Assembly: GCA_026982565.1 (NCBI GenBank)
Contig: JALSGV010000201.1
Coordinates: 27,658 to 91,657, forward strand
DNA from: Gammaproteobacteria bacterium
Lineage (GTDB): Bacteria > Pseudomonadota > Gammaproteobacteria > SZUA-140
Length of the DNA stretch: 64,000 nt
Reading direction: 5' to 3'
In this document: piece after piece, positions 9,871 to 20,088 of the stretch
How the letters are laid out: the number at the start of each line of letters is the position of its first letter
Position numbering within the stretch: the first letter of the stretch is position 1
Position numbers and translations under genes: made by a program
The notes under the pieces: model-generated
Told to the model about the DNA's origin: nothing
Database searches by the model: none
What the model saw: the letters and a program-made list of their open reading frames with translations, nothing else

Positions 9871-10547
9871 CAGTCACACGCCAGTGCAAAACGGTAACCG
9901 CGCCCGCGCAGGGTTTCGATGGGTTTGATGCTGTTGTCCGGATCCAGTTTGCGGCGCAGGCGCCCAATGAAGACTTCGATGACATTGCTGTCTCGGTCAT
10001 AGTCCTGATCATAGAGGTGCTCCGTGAGGTCCGTCTTGGAGATCACCTGGCCGCGGTGCAGCATGAGGTATTCCAGCGCCTTGTACTCATAGGCGGTCAG
10101 ATCCACGGCCCGCCCGTTGACGCTGACCCGTTGCGCGGCCGTGTCCAGGGAGACAGGGCCACAACGGATCACCGGCTGCGCCCAGCCTGCCGCGCGGCGC
10201 AGCAGGGCATTGAGGCGCGCCATCAATTCCTCCATGTGGAAAGGCTTGACGAGATAATCATCGGCCCCGGCCTCCAGGCCTTCCACCTTGTCCTGCCAGC
10301 GCCCGCGCGCTGTAAGAATCAGGATGGGATAGGTCAATCCCTGTCCGCGCAAACACCGGATGACCTCGATACCCGACAGCTTGGGCAGGCCGAGGTCCAC
10401 CACTGCCACGTCGAAGGGATATTCACTGCCTAGATAGGCCCCCTCCTCGCCATCCTCCGCGGCATCCACGGCATAACCCTGCTGTTGCAGATGGCTCACC
10501 AACTGCTGGCGCAGGGAGGCCTCATCTTCAATCACCAATACGCGCAT
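9870..10547 (-). CDS. OmpR/PhoB-family response regulator
   Basis: MRVLVIEDE…VVDLGLPKLSGIEV…LTAR…GADDYLVKPF receiver domain, plus a winged-helix C-terminus (…LRRKLDPDNSIKPIETLRGRGYRF). Confidence 0.9.
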   Translation of the reverse strand: MRVLVIEDEASLRQQLVSHLQQQGYAVDAAEDGEEGAYLGSEYPFDVAVVDLGLPKLSGIEVIRCLRGQGLTYPILILTARGRWQDKVEGLEAGADDYLVKPFHMEELMARLNALLRRAAGWAQPVIRCGPVSLDTAAQRVSVNGRAVDLTAYEYKALEYLMLHRGQVISKTDLTEHLYDQDYDRDSNVIEVFIGRLRRKLDPDNSIKPIETLRGRGYRFALACD

Positions 10548-10594
10548 GATAATCCACAACGTACCATATATTTTTCAGCACTGCCGGCCCGCCC

Positions 10595-11710
10595 TCACCG
10601 CGCATATCCTGTCATTTCGAGATAACCATGACCTGAAACCTCTTCATCGCCCTGCTTCCCCTTTACCTCCACAGCCCCTTCCCAGTAGCGGACCGAGGTA
10701 TCGAGTTCCTGGTTTTTCAGCATGGATTGAATCTCGACTTCCAGCCCGGCAAGGGGGATTTCCATGCGCCAGGCCACGGGATAAAGACCGCCCAAGGGGC
10801 TCTCCCAGGTATCCAGCGCCTCCAGGAAGACATCTTCACGGCGCAGCGCTGTTGTCCCGCCTTCCGGGTCGATCAAGGTGCCACTGCTGAAGGGTTCTAC
10901 ACGACCATCCTTGTGGCGCAGCTGGTAGTACATTAGATCGTACCCGTTGTTCAATTGCAGGGAGAACCAGTCCCACCCCGCCTGCTCTTCACTCAATGCG
11001 CTGGTGCTCCACTCCCGGTCCAGCCAGGACAGGCCCGCAACCGGGTAATGTTCATCTCCCAGCGTAATGACGCCTTTTGTTGCGATGCGGGGAAGGGAAT
11101 AATAGTAGGAGGCATTGCCTGGCTCCGGCCCCTTGCGGCTCAGCCCGCGATCACCCTGCAGGACGACGGGTTTGAGCGGCGACAGGGTCAGGGAAATGGC
11201 CATATCGCTTTCGCCTGCCTGCAGGGTCCATGTTTCATCTTCGCCATCCACGGCCTCGACGCGCCAGTCTTCCAGCCATACCCGGAAAGGCGAGGCTTCG
11301 ACACCGGCCAGTCCCGCGGCATTGCGGGCGAAACGCTCATGGAAACGAAATTCCTGTGACTCCACATCTGTCAACGCCAGATGCGCCATGTAGACTTGCT
11401 TGGTCGCCCAGGCGGAGGAGCGCTCAACCCGACCAGGCGCCAGGGCAAAACGGAACAGCACCAGTTGATAACCAAAATGCCGTCCCTGATCCGTTGCAAG
11501 ATTACCGGTGAAATACCACCATTCAGTGCGGTAGTCCGGGTGGGCGCCATGATCCTCGGGGAAACGGAATTCACGGGCTGTCTCGGCGCGCGCGAAGCCT
11601 TCCGGAGTACTATCTCCCTGCCCAAGGAAGGAGGATAATGCCCTATCGGCATCCGCTTGCGCATCAGGCGAACGGCTGCAGCCCGGGATCGACCACAGGG
11701 CCAAGACCAT
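10595..11710 (-). CDS. AttH-like / CrtC-like lipocalin-fold secreted protein (COG5621 'predicted secreted hydrolase'); lipoprotein
   Basis: Lipobox LALWSIPGCS, then FPEDHGAHPDYRTEWWYFTGNL, which is typical of the AttH/hydroxyneurosporene-synthase-like family. An upstream alternative start at 11776 overlaps the GGDEF-EAL gene. Confidence 0.55.
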   Translation of the reverse strand: MVLALWSIPGCSRSPDAQADADRALSSFLGQGDSTPEGFARAETAREFRFPEDHGAHPDYRTEWWYFTGNLATDQGRHFGYQLVLFRFALAPGRVERSSAWATKQVYMAHLALTDVESQEFRFHERFARNAAGLAGVEASPFRVWLEDWRVEAVDGEDETWTLQAGESDMAISLTLSPLKPVVLQGDRGLSRKGPEPGNASYYYSLPRIATKGVITLGDEHYPVAGLSWLDREWSTSALSEEQAGWDWFSLQLNNGYDLMYYQLRHKDGRVEPFSSGTLIDPEGGTTALRREDVFLEALDTWESPLGGLYPVAWRMEIPLAGLEVEIQSMLKNQELDTSVRYWEGAVEVKGKQGDEEVSGHGYLEMTGYAR

Positions 11711-11733
11711 GATTGAACAGATCAGAAAGCGAC

Positions 11734-14232
11734 TCAAGACGAATTCAACAGACCCCACTGAGAAGTTTTGACCCATTCTATCAGGTCGGCGGGAGGAAGG
11801 GGACGGCTCATGAAATATCCTTGCGCCTCATCACAGCCCAGGACAAGCAGTTCGTTATAGGTTTCCTGGTTCTCCACGCCTTCTGCTATCACCTTGAGAC
11901 CCATATTGTGGGCAAGATCAATGGTGGATTTCACAATCATGGCATTGCTCTTGTCAGACAACATGTCCGTCACGAACGAACGGTCTATCTTGATGTCATC
12001 GACCGGCAGCGTTTTCAAGTAGGCCAGTGATGAATAACCCGTGCCAAAGTCGTCGATGGCAAGCTTGACCCCCATGGCGCTCAGCTCCTTCAATATACCC
12101 AGCGCCAGCGTCTGATCGGCCATGATGGCGCTCTCGGTGATCTCCAGTTTGAGATGCCCGGGCTCCATTCCCGTCTGCTCCAGCGCTCTGGCCACCTGCG
12201 TCCGCAGCTCCGGGTTCTGCAGGTCCTTTGCCGACAAATTCACAGCCACAACCATATCTGCGCTGATGTCCTGGCAGCGGACACAGACACTCAATGTCTT
12301 TTTCAACACCACCTGACCCAGTTTTTGAATGAGGCCGCTACGCTCTGCGAGAGGGACGAAGGTATCGGGAAACATCAGGCCGTGCTTTGGATGGGACCAG
12401 CGCACCAGGGCCTCGACACCGGCGATTTTCCCCGAGGACAGATTTATGACGGGCTGGAAATGTATCTCCAATGCCTCATTCTCGATGGCGTTACGCAGCT
12501 CCCCCATAAGAACCAGGTTTCGCAGATTGTAATGATCCAGGTCCGTATCATATACCGCAATACCGTCATCCCTTTCCTTGGCCACGTACATGGCAACATC
12601 CGCATGCTGTATCAGCGTCGAGACATCCGCGCCATGTTGCGGATATAACACGATGCCAAGACTCCCTTCAAGATGGAGCGTATGCCCATCCAGCGTGACG
12701 GCCTCATCAAATGCGCTATGCACCTTGGCCGCGATTTTCCTTGCGCCTGCCTCATCGACCCCCGGCAGCAGAATGGAAAACTCGTCTCCTCCCAGGCGGG
12801 CAAGGGTATCCGATTCCCGCAATACCGCCTGCACCCTGGCAGCGACATGCTGGAGGACCTTGTCGCCGAAATGGTGGCCCAGGGTATCGTTTATCTCCTT
12901 GAAACGGTCGAGGTCCATATACAGAATGGCGACAGAGCCTCTTTCGCGGTGCGCAGCGGAAATTGCCTGCTCGACCCGGTCTTCCAGCAGCGTGCGATTG
13001 GGCAGGCCTGTCAGGGCATCATGGAGGGCCTGGTGGCGCAGCGCCTCGATGCGCTTCTTCTTGACCGTGATATCACGAATAATCGCCAGAAAATAGCGCT
13101 TCCCTTCGACCCACATCTCGCTGGTGGACATTTCGATGGGGAATGTCGACCCATCCTTGCGACAGCCGAGTTCCTCCCGGATCCTGCCGATCACGTTACC
13201 CTTGCCCGTCTTGAGATAGTTAGCGATATACTCATCGTGTTTTTCACGCGTGGGGAAAGGGATGATGATCTCGACATTCTGGCCGGCCAGCTCCCCGGAT
13301 GAATAGCCGAACATGCGTTCCATGGCAGGGTTGGCAGACTCGATCATGCCATTTTCATCGACTACCACCATGCCATCGAAGCTTTGCGCCATAATGGCAT
13401 GGAGACGCTGTTCGCGACTGCGCAGGCTGCGCCACATGCTCCTGAAGATCCGGGCCATTTTTCCCAGTTCATCCTGGCGGTTTTCCGGCAAGATGATGTT
13501 TTCTTCGCCTGCGCCGATTCGCTGCATGGCGGCGCACATCATATGGACTGGACGTAAAACGGACAGACGCAGCATGAGCAACAAGATAAGGCCGAGAAAA
13601 AAAGCCACGCCTATGGCCAGCATCCAGAGCCTGAGACGAAGCGACTCAATATCCTGCAACAAACCGCCCGTATTGATAGAGAGGCGCAAAACACCCCGCA
13701 GCGGAGATGATTCATAGCCATGACAGGGCAGGCACTCCTGCTCTGTCTGGATAGGCATCCATATGGAGATTTTCTCTGGCGCGCCGGACATATCCAGGGC
13801 GGTCCGTCCCTTCAATGCCCGGGAAAAATTCACATCGCTGACGGTACCGGAATGTTGTGGTGGAACGGGCTGGCGCTCGAAAATGACGGACTGGCGGAAA
13901 TTATTGACGGCCTCGACGGTTGAGAGATCCGTGAAAGCCTCCCGGCCATCCCTGCGCAATACTTCAATGTCCAGGATGTCTTCCAGCTCACGCATTCGGT
14001 CCAGCCAGCCACGGGCGAGGACACCCTGGCCGTTGAGCATGAGTGTCTGCAGGCTGGAGAGGATGGTTTGCGCCTGAAGCTCCGCCTGTTGCGCCGCCTC
14101 CTGGTCCATCATCTGGCGCACCTGGCGCTCGATCCAGAAGCCGGCAAGCACCATGGCCACGAAGAGACTGAGCGCCAGGAACAAGGCAAAGCGCGCACCC
14201 AGACTTTTCATGCCAGAAGAGTCTCTGTGCAC
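11734..14232 (-). CDS. membrane c-di-GMP turnover protein: TM, periplasmic domain with CxxCH haem-c motif, TM, HAMP, PAS, GGDEF, EAL
   Basis: CLPCH sits between two TM segments. PAS region (AIMAQSFDGMVVVDENG). GGDEF is intact (RLGGDEFSIL). EAL is intact (EALVRW…EITES…DDFGTGYSSL…EGVE). Confidence 0.9.
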   Translation of the reverse strand: MHRDSSGMKSLGARFALFLALSLFVAMVLAGFWIERQVRQMMDQEAAQQAELQAQTILSSLQTLMLNGQGVLARGWLDRMRELEDILDIEVLRRDGREAFTDLSTVEAVNNFRQSVIFERQPVPPQHSGTVSDVNFSRALKGRTALDMSGAPEKISIWMPIQTEQECLPCHGYESSPLRGVLRLSINTGGLLQDIESLRLRLWMLAIGVAFFLGLILLLMLRLSVLRPVHMMCAAMQRIGAGEENIILPENRQDELGKMARIFRSMWRSLRSREQRLHAIMAQSFDGMVVVDENGMIESANPAMERMFGYSSGELAGQNVEIIIPFPTREKHDEYIANYLKTGKGNVIGRIREELGCRKDGSTFPIEMSTSEMWVEGKRYFLAIIRDITVKKKRIEALRHQALHDALTGLPNRTLLEDRVEQAISAAHRERGSVAILYMDLDRFKEINDTLGHHFGDKVLQHVAARVQAVLRESDTLARLGGDEFSILLPGVDEAGARKIAAKVHSAFDEAVTLDGHTLHLEGSLGIVLYPQHGADVSTLIQHADVAMYVAKERDDGIAVYDTDLDHYNLRNLVLMGELRNAIENEALEIHFQPVINLSSGKIAGVEALVRWSHPKHGLMFPDTFVPLAERSGLIQKLGQVVLKKTLSVCVRCQDISADMVVAVNLSAKDLQNPELRTQVARALEQTGMEPGHLKLEITESAIMADQTLALGILKELSAMGVKLAIDDFGTGYSSLAYLKTLPVDDIKIDRSFVTDMLSDKSNAMIVKSTIDLAHNMGLKVIAEGVENQETYNELLVLGCDEAQGYFMSRPLPPADLIEWVKTSQWGLLNSS

Positions 14233-14396
14233 GTTAAATAACCATTCTCTTCAGGAATATCCCTGCTCCTGTCAATAAGACCGCATAAATATTAAACAAA
14301 TTCCCGCAAGACGTAAAACCCCTGGGGGATCACGAAATGCCGGGAGATGAATAGGCGCTTCCATTCCCCAGTAGCGCCAGCGCCCAGAACCGCGTC

Positions 14397-16958
14397 TTAC
14401 TCCTCCCGCAGCGCCAGGGCAGGTGCTGTCCGCGTCATTCTCCAGCTGGGATAGATGGCTGCCAGCATTGCCGCGGATACCGCAAGTATTATAGCGGCAG
14501 ACAATTCATTGAGGTTAATCAGGGATTCCATACTCCACCCAAAGGAACGCTTGTTGATGACATGAATCAACACCTGGGAGAGCACCAGCCCCGTAGGAAT
14601 GGCCATCAGGCCGGCAAGCAGGCCCATTGTACCGGTCTGTATGGTAATAATGCGCGTCACCTCGCCCGGGGTGACCCCGGTGGCCCGCAGCACGGCGATC
14701 TCCTTGGCCCGCTCCAGTTGCAGGGCCATGAGCGCAGTGAGAATGCCGATAAAGGCCACCAGTATGGCCAGCAGGCGCAGGACATGGGTGATGGCGAAGG
14801 TACGGTCAAAGATCTCCAGAGTGTAGGCGCGGATTTCGCGGTTGGAGCGGATGCGTACCTGCTGACCGGCCTGTGCGGCAAGGGCCTTCACCTTGTCGAT
14901 GACCACCTCGGGCGTAATCCCTGGCTGTATATACAATCCCAGGCCAGCGACAGCGCGGTCACGGAAATGGCGGTTGTAGAGGCTGCGCGCCATGAGCACC
15001 TTGCCCTGGTCCGATCCATAGTCATTGTAGACAGCGGCGATGGGAAAGTGCCGTAGTCCATCGTCAGTGCGCAACGCGATGGCATCACCGGCGCGAAGCC
15101 CACGATGAAAGGCCAGAGGCTCGGAGACCAACACGGCCTCGCCACGCCGGTAGGCCGGCCAGACCACATCGGGATCCCCTTCCTTGAGCTGAAAACCCGG
15201 CTGGGCGCTATCGGCCAGTTTCAGGGCAAACAGTTTGGTGAGCTTGCCTTCCGACTCTATCGTCACTTGGCGGCCTTCGGATACGCCCGTGACCTCCGGC
15301 AGGGCTTTGACAGCCCGGATCAGCCCTGCATCCAAGGCCGTCAGGGAACGGCCAGAGCCCAGGCCGGGCGCTGACAGAAAAATATCCGCGCGCATGGTGG
15401 CCTCCAGCCAGGTCGAGACACTGGCGCGGAAGCTGTCGATCATGATACTGACGCCGATGGTCGTGGCCACCGCCAGCATCAGGGCGGCGATAGCCGTGCC
15501 CGTACGGCTCAAGGCATCCGAAATACCGCGTATGGCGAGCCGGGTGGTCACACCCAGCCGACCGGCGCCCAACTGATTGCTGAGGGAAACACATTTCATG
15601 ACCAGCAAGGGCGTGATGAAAGTCATTCCCAGAACCAGAAGGAACAGGGAGGCGAACCCCAGTGCCAACGCCTTGCTGGGAATCGCGAGCAACAGCAGGC
15701 CGATAATGAAGAGTGCAAGCCCCACTACCGACAGGCGGGATACGAACGTGTGGGTGTGGGCCTCCAGCATGGAGCGGCGCAGGGCCGCCTGCGGGCTGGT
15801 CATGGCGGCCTCGAGGGTGGGAATAAAAGCGGCAATGAGTGTGCCACCCACGCCCAGCATTACTGCCTTGAGGATGGGGGCCGCGCTCAACTGCAGATCC
15901 GTGACTGTCACGACGAAATAAAGATCGTTGATAGTGCGTGTTACCAGGTGAACCAGCCCCGACCCCAAAAGGACTCCCACCAATATCCCCAGCACCGTTG
16001 CCACAACGCCAACCAGCAGCGCCTCAGACAGAATAATACGGAACAGCTCTCCTCTGCTGACGCCCAGCATTCTCAAGGTGGCCAGCAGATGGCGGCGCTG
16101 GATGACCATGAAAGTCATGGTGTTGTAAACCAGGAACATGCCGACGATGAGGGCCATCAGCCCCATGGCCATGAGATTGGTGCGGAATGCCTGGCTCATT
16201 TGCATCATGGCGTTACTGCGCGACTCCGCAGGCACCAGTTCGGCATCAGGGGGCAGGTTGGCCCGAATGGTTTCCAGTATTTTTTTGTCTACGCCATCTT
16301 CCAGAAGCAGGTCTATCCAGCTCAAGCGGCCAATAAAGCCCGTGATTTCCTGCGCTGTGCTGATATCTGTCAGCAGCAGCCCCTCGATTGCCGCATCGGG
16401 CCGATCCCGCGCCTCCAGCAGCCCGATAAGGCGCAGGCGATGTTTGCGCCCGCCCAAATCGATATCAAAGGCATCCCCTTTGTCCAGCTTCATGCGTTTC
16501 GCCGTGGGCGCCGCCAGCAAGGCCGTCCCGGGGATGGTAATCAGGTCCTCCATGACGCCCTCCTCCAGGGCGCCAAAGCGCGTTTCCTGCCCCATATTCG
16601 TCATGGGGTCGAAACCGATGAGGTGCAGAATCTCCTCCCCGCTGACACCATAGGCCTCCACGGCGGGTGAACTGTCGCGCAATCCCAGTTCCACCCGCAA
16701 ACGGATATAAACTGCTTCGTCTAGCCCCGATGGCCCTCCCACGACCTGATGGGTAGCCCTGCCATTGATATTTTCCATGGAAAGCTGAAAGGCGCGGGTG
16801 GCGCTTTCATTGGCGAGGTCCACGGCCACGATGATGGCGATGCCAAGGGCGATGCCGATGATGGTGAGGGCCAGTTGCCAGGGATGTTGCAGGAGATAAC
16901 GGAAACTGGCCAGACGCAGGATCCTCTGCCCGGCAAGGACCGGCATCCCGTTCACCAT
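14397..16958 (-). CDS. ABC transporter permease with duplicated FtsX domains (YbbP/COG3127-type)
   Basis: 853 aa with two FtsX-like 4-TM modules, each preceded by a large periplasmic domain. Seven-bp overlap with the upstream ATPase gene. Confidence 0.85.
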   Translation of the reverse strand: MVNGMPVLAGQRILRLASFRYLLQHPWQLALTIIGIALGIAIIVAVDLANESATRAFQLSMENINGRATHQVVGGPSGLDEAVYIRLRVELGLRDSSPAVEAYGVSGEEILHLIGFDPMTNMGQETRFGALEEGVMEDLITIPGTALLAAPTAKRMKLDKGDAFDIDLGGRKHRLRLIGLLEARDRPDAAIEGLLLTDISTAQEITGFIGRLSWIDLLLEDGVDKKILETIRANLPPDAELVPAESRSNAMMQMSQAFRTNLMAMGLMALIVGMFLVYNTMTFMVIQRRHLLATLRMLGVSRGELFRIILSEALLVGVVATVLGILVGVLLGSGLVHLVTRTINDLYFVVTVTDLQLSAAPILKAVMLGVGGTLIAAFIPTLEAAMTSPQAALRRSMLEAHTHTFVSRLSVVGLALFIIGLLLLAIPSKALALGFASLFLLVLGMTFITPLLVMKCVSLSNQLGAGRLGVTTRLAIRGISDALSRTGTAIAALMLAVATTIGVSIMIDSFRASVSTWLEATMRADIFLSAPGLGSGRSLTALDAGLIRAVKALPEVTGVSEGRQVTIESEGKLTKLFALKLADSAQPGFQLKEGDPDVVWPAYRRGEAVLVSEPLAFHRGLRAGDAIALRTDDGLRHFPIAAVYNDYGSDQGKVLMARSLYNRHFRDRAVAGLGLYIQPGITPEVVIDKVKALAAQAGQQVRIRSNREIRAYTLEIFDRTFAITHVLRLLAILVAFIGILTALMALQLERAKEIAVLRATGVTPGEVTRIITIQTGTMGLLAGLMAIPTGLVLSQVLIHVINKRSFGWSMESLINLNELSAAIILAVSAAMLAAIYPSWRMTRTAPALALREE

Positions 16959-17638
16959 GCGAAGGCCGCTATATCGTCGGTGAACCCGCCATCCACCAGG
17001 GCCAGGACGCGATCGGCCCGTTCGGCAACGGCGCGGGAATGGGTCGCCAGCACCAGAGTCTTGCCTGTCTGCCTTGCCAGGCGGTCGAGCATATCAAGGA
17101 TGAGTTGACCCGTCTGCATGTCAAGATTACCCGTCGGTTCGTCTGCAAGCACCAGGGTCGGATCATGCACCAGCGCCCGGGCAATGGCGACGCGTTGCTG
17201 TTCCCCACCCGACAGACGGTCGGGGTAAGCCCCGGCGCGTTCGGACAACTCAACGGCTGCCAGCAGCTCGTCGGCGCGCTGTGATGGCAGACCGTTGAGT
17301 TCAAGCGGCAGCAAGAGATTTTCCCTGACCGTCAATGTGGGCAGCAGGTTGAAGAACTGATAAATGAATCCGATGTGCCGGCGGCGGTACAGGGTGCGGT
17401 CACGCTCATTGAGCGCCGACAGTTCCATGCCCCTCACCCAAATTGCGCCAGCTCGCGGTCCATCGATGCCGCTGATGAGATTGAACAGAGTTGACTTGCC
17501 TGAGCCACTGCGTCCCAGGATGGCGACGAATTCACCCTCGCCAATATCGAGATCCACATGATCCAGAACCGACCTGTCGCGCTCACCTTCACGGTAACCA
17601 TGGCAAAGCCCTTTCAAGGATAACAGCGGCCGCATCAT
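16952..17638 (-). CDS. ABC transporter ATP-binding protein (YbbA/LolD-like)
   Basis: Walker [10 protein letters not shown], signature [15 protein letters not shown], Walker [13 protein letters not shown]. Confidence 0.9.
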   Translation of the reverse strand: MMRPLLSLKGLCHGYREGERDRSVLDHVDLDIGEGEFVAILGRSGSGKSTLFNLISGIDGPRAGAIWVRGMELSALNERDRTLYRRRHIGFIYQFFNLLPTLTVRENLLLPLELNGLPSQRADELLAAVELSERAGAYPDRLSGGEQQRVAIARALVHDPTLVLADEPTGNLDMQTGQLILDMLDRLARQTGKTLVLATHSRAVAERADRVLALVDGGFTDDIAAFAW

Positions 17639-17677
17639 TCGCTCAGAAGAATTCTCAATCGCCAGTAGTCATATATT

Positions 17678-17782
17678 GTGTCATTCCCGCATGGGACGAG
17701 CGGGAATCCAGTGGTTTTGCCGATACGGATTCCCGTTGAAATCGCGCCGGAATGACGGGGATCCGGGGGCTTCTTAGCCCCA
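17678..17782. repeat. nested palindromic (REP-like) element in the galU-ybbA intergenic region
   Basis: gtcattcccgc / gcgggaatcc / ggattcccg / ccggaatgac form nested inverted repeats. A terminal ggggc-ttcttag-gcccc hairpin follows. Confidence 0.45.
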
Positions 17783-17793
17783 CCACAACAACA

Positions 17794-18681
17794 TCATTCC
17801 TTCTCACTCAATATGCAGAAGCGCTGCAAATAATCACCGAAAGGCGCCTGCAAATCAGGGTGCTGCAATGCATATTCCACCGTGGCCTTCAGGTAGCCCA
17901 GCTTGCTGCCGCAGTCATAGCGAACCCCATCGAACTGGTACGCCATGATGGGTTCCTCATCCAGCAGCCTGGCGATGGCGTCGGTCAACTGAATCTCTCC
18001 TCCCGCCCCTTTTTCCTGATTCTCGAGAAACGCAAAGACCCCAGGAGTCAAAATATAGCGCCCTACAACCGCCAAAGTGGACGGAGCCTGGGAAGGATCA
18101 GGCTTTTCGACAATGCCATCGATACTCGTCAACCTGTCGCCGATCTTTTCAGCGGGGCTGACGATACCATACTTGTCCGTCTCTCCCGCTTCGACCTCTT
18201 CAGTACCCAATATGCTGCAACGATGATGCAAAAACAGTTCGACCATCTGATGCAGGCATCCCCTGCCATCGCCATTGATCAGATCATCGGCGAGTATCAC
18301 CGCAAAGGGCTCGTCGCCCACGACCGGACGGGCGCACAGCACCGCATGCCCTAAGCCCAGCGCCTGCGGCTGACGGACGTAGATGTAGGAAACATCGTCA
18401 TGCACCACATCCTGAACGATTTCCAGCAAAGCCCGTTTTTCCTGCTTGATGAGTTGGGCTTCCAACTCATGGTTACGGTCAAAATGGTTCTCTATCGCCC
18501 GCTTGCTGCCACTGGTGACGAAAACCAGCTCCGTGATCCCCGCCGCCAGGGCCTCCTCGACGGCATATTGAATCAACGGCTTGTCGACAATGGGTAACAT
18601 CTCTTTGGGCGTTGCCTTGGTGGCGGGCAGAAAGCGTGTGCCCATGCCCGCCACGGGGAAAACTGCTTTTTTTATTCCCAT
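17794..18681 (-). CDS. galU: UTP--glucose-1-phosphate uridylyltransferase
   Basis: MGIKKAVFPVAGMGTRFLPATKATPKEMLPIVDKPLIQYAVEEA… is the canonical GalU N-terminus. Length 295 aa. Confidence 0.9.
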   Translation of the reverse strand: MGIKKAVFPVAGMGTRFLPATKATPKEMLPIVDKPLIQYAVEEALAAGITELVFVTSGSKRAIENHFDRNHELEAQLIKQEKRALLEIVQDVVHDDVSYIYVRQPQALGLGHAVLCARPVVGDEPFAVILADDLINGDGRGCLHQMVELFLHHRCSILGTEEVEAGETDKYGIVSPAEKIGDRLTSIDGIVEKPDPSQAPSTLAVVGRYILTPGVFAFLENQEKGAGGEIQLTDAIARLLDEEPIMAYQFDGVRYDCGSKLGYLKATVEYALQHPDLQAPFGDYLQRFCILSEKE

Positions 18682-18808
18682 CTTGTCCTTGTCACCTCTG
18701 CTGAGTTTTTTATCACAATACGATGTTGATCAGGATCTTATTCCTCAAGCCTTATTTGATGCAATTGCTTGTCCAGAAACAACGTTGATTGCACATCTTT
18801 TCTAAACC

Positions 18809-20017
18809 TCATTGTGAAACCAGGTGGGTGGCCCCACGCTTCCTTGCAACATGATAGCCCAAGACCAGCGCCATTGGTAACCACAGCACCAACCATAGCT
18901 CGCGAGGACGGGTCAGAAGGCGGTCAGTATCGAATGACATGCAAACCAATGCCAGGATCAACAGCGCAAGATAGTGGTAGTCACCACTGTCCCTGCCCGC
19001 CTGCCAGGCCTGATAGACTGCCATGCCCAACATGGCAAGCAGCAATAGCCCCCCCACCATGCCACCATCTCGAAAGGCTGCAAGATAGGCATTGTGGGAA
19101 AAGAGCAGTATGCCATCCACCTTTACATACTGATCCGTGAGGAACCCGTGTCCCCACACAGGAGCCTCGAAAATCTTGGAGAGCACAGCCTGCCAGATAT
19201 CAAGGCGGGCGCCCACCTTACGATCAAGAAGGGCGACAGTTTGAGGAAAATAGAAATACACCGCGAAAACAAGGGACCCAAGCAACAAGGCAGCTATCAT
19301 GACTTTACCCGGGCGCCACCCGATCATCATAATCATGGAGGCGGCAGCCAACGCCAACAATGAGCCTCTGCTATAGGTAAACAGGACAAAAGCAAACAGG
19401 ATTATCACAGACGCCATATGGAGAGCACGCAACCAGGCCGAACTTTTTTTATTGAAAGCATAGGCCAGATTCAACACGGCAAAAACGGCATAGACATAAC
19501 TGCTTGCATTCGGATTTTCGAGAATTCCAATACCAATCAGGCGCGGTTGGGCCGCCGGATCTCTGTACCATATTATTATTGAAGCGAAAGCGGCAACCGC
19601 CACCAACAGAGACATAAGGCGCAACATGGCCGTAAACGTCTGTGGCCATTGCTTGTACAACAAAACGGTAGAGACGACAAATACGATGACGAACAAAGCC
19701 AGCCGCAAATAATTCAAGTAGGCAGGCCACTCAAAATGCCCCCCCCAGACAGGAGAGACAAGCATGTATCCCAGGTAGACGATTATCAGAAGAAAAAGGA
19801 TATTGCCACGTAACAGGCGAAAACCACGAGGCAGAAGGAATAAACCAGGCGCCAGCACGGCCACGGAATAGAACTTATAGAGATCAACAGCATTGGGGAT
19901 GTAAAAGAATCCCGCCAGAAAAAGCGCGTAACTGACAAACAGCAGGCGCAGGAGCCTCTCCTCCCAGTTCATCCCACGCCATGCTAAACCTTCCATTAGA
20001 AGAATATGACGCCCCAA
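18809..20017 (-). CDS. O-antigen ligase family protein (Wzy_C domain; WaaL-like)
   Basis: Ten to twelve TM segments with a large periplasmic loop carrying FTYSRGSLLALAAA…GHGF…H-NAYL, the O-antigen ligase/polymerase signature. High-GC and next to galU, so likely the core ligase rather than the serotype-specific Wzy. Confidence 0.6.
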   Translation of the reverse strand: MGRHILLMEGLAWRGMNWEERLLRLLFVSYALFLAGFFYIPNAVDLYKFYSVAVLAPGLFLLPRGFRLLRGNILFLLIIVYLGYMLVSPVWGGHFEWPAYLNYLRLALFVIVFVVSTVLLYKQWPQTFTAMLRLMSLLVAVAAFASIIIWYRDPAAQPRLIGIGILENPNASSYVYAVFAVLNLAYAFNKKSSAWLRALHMASVIILFAFVLFTYSRGSLLALAAASMIMMIGWRPGKVMIAALLLGSLVFAVYFYFPQTVALLDRKVGARLDIWQAVLSKIFEAPVWGHGFLTDQYVKVDGILLFSHNAYLAAFRDGGMVGGLLLLAMLGMAVYQAWQAGRDSGDYHYLALLILALVCMSFDTDRLLTRPRELWLVLWLPMALVLGYHVARKRGATHLVSQ

Positions 20018-20088
20018 TATCTCAAGCAGTCAGATGAGCAGCGGGGCAATGCCTGCCGCGAGTAATACAGGTTTTCCGGTTTTTATGC

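Noticed and set aside
17640-17790. Possible tRNA or small RNA gene in the galU-ybbA spacer
   Set aside because: No cloverleaf: there is no acceptor/T-arm pairing with a GTTC-type loop. The structure is a set of nested simple hairpins, better explained as a REP-like or terminator element.
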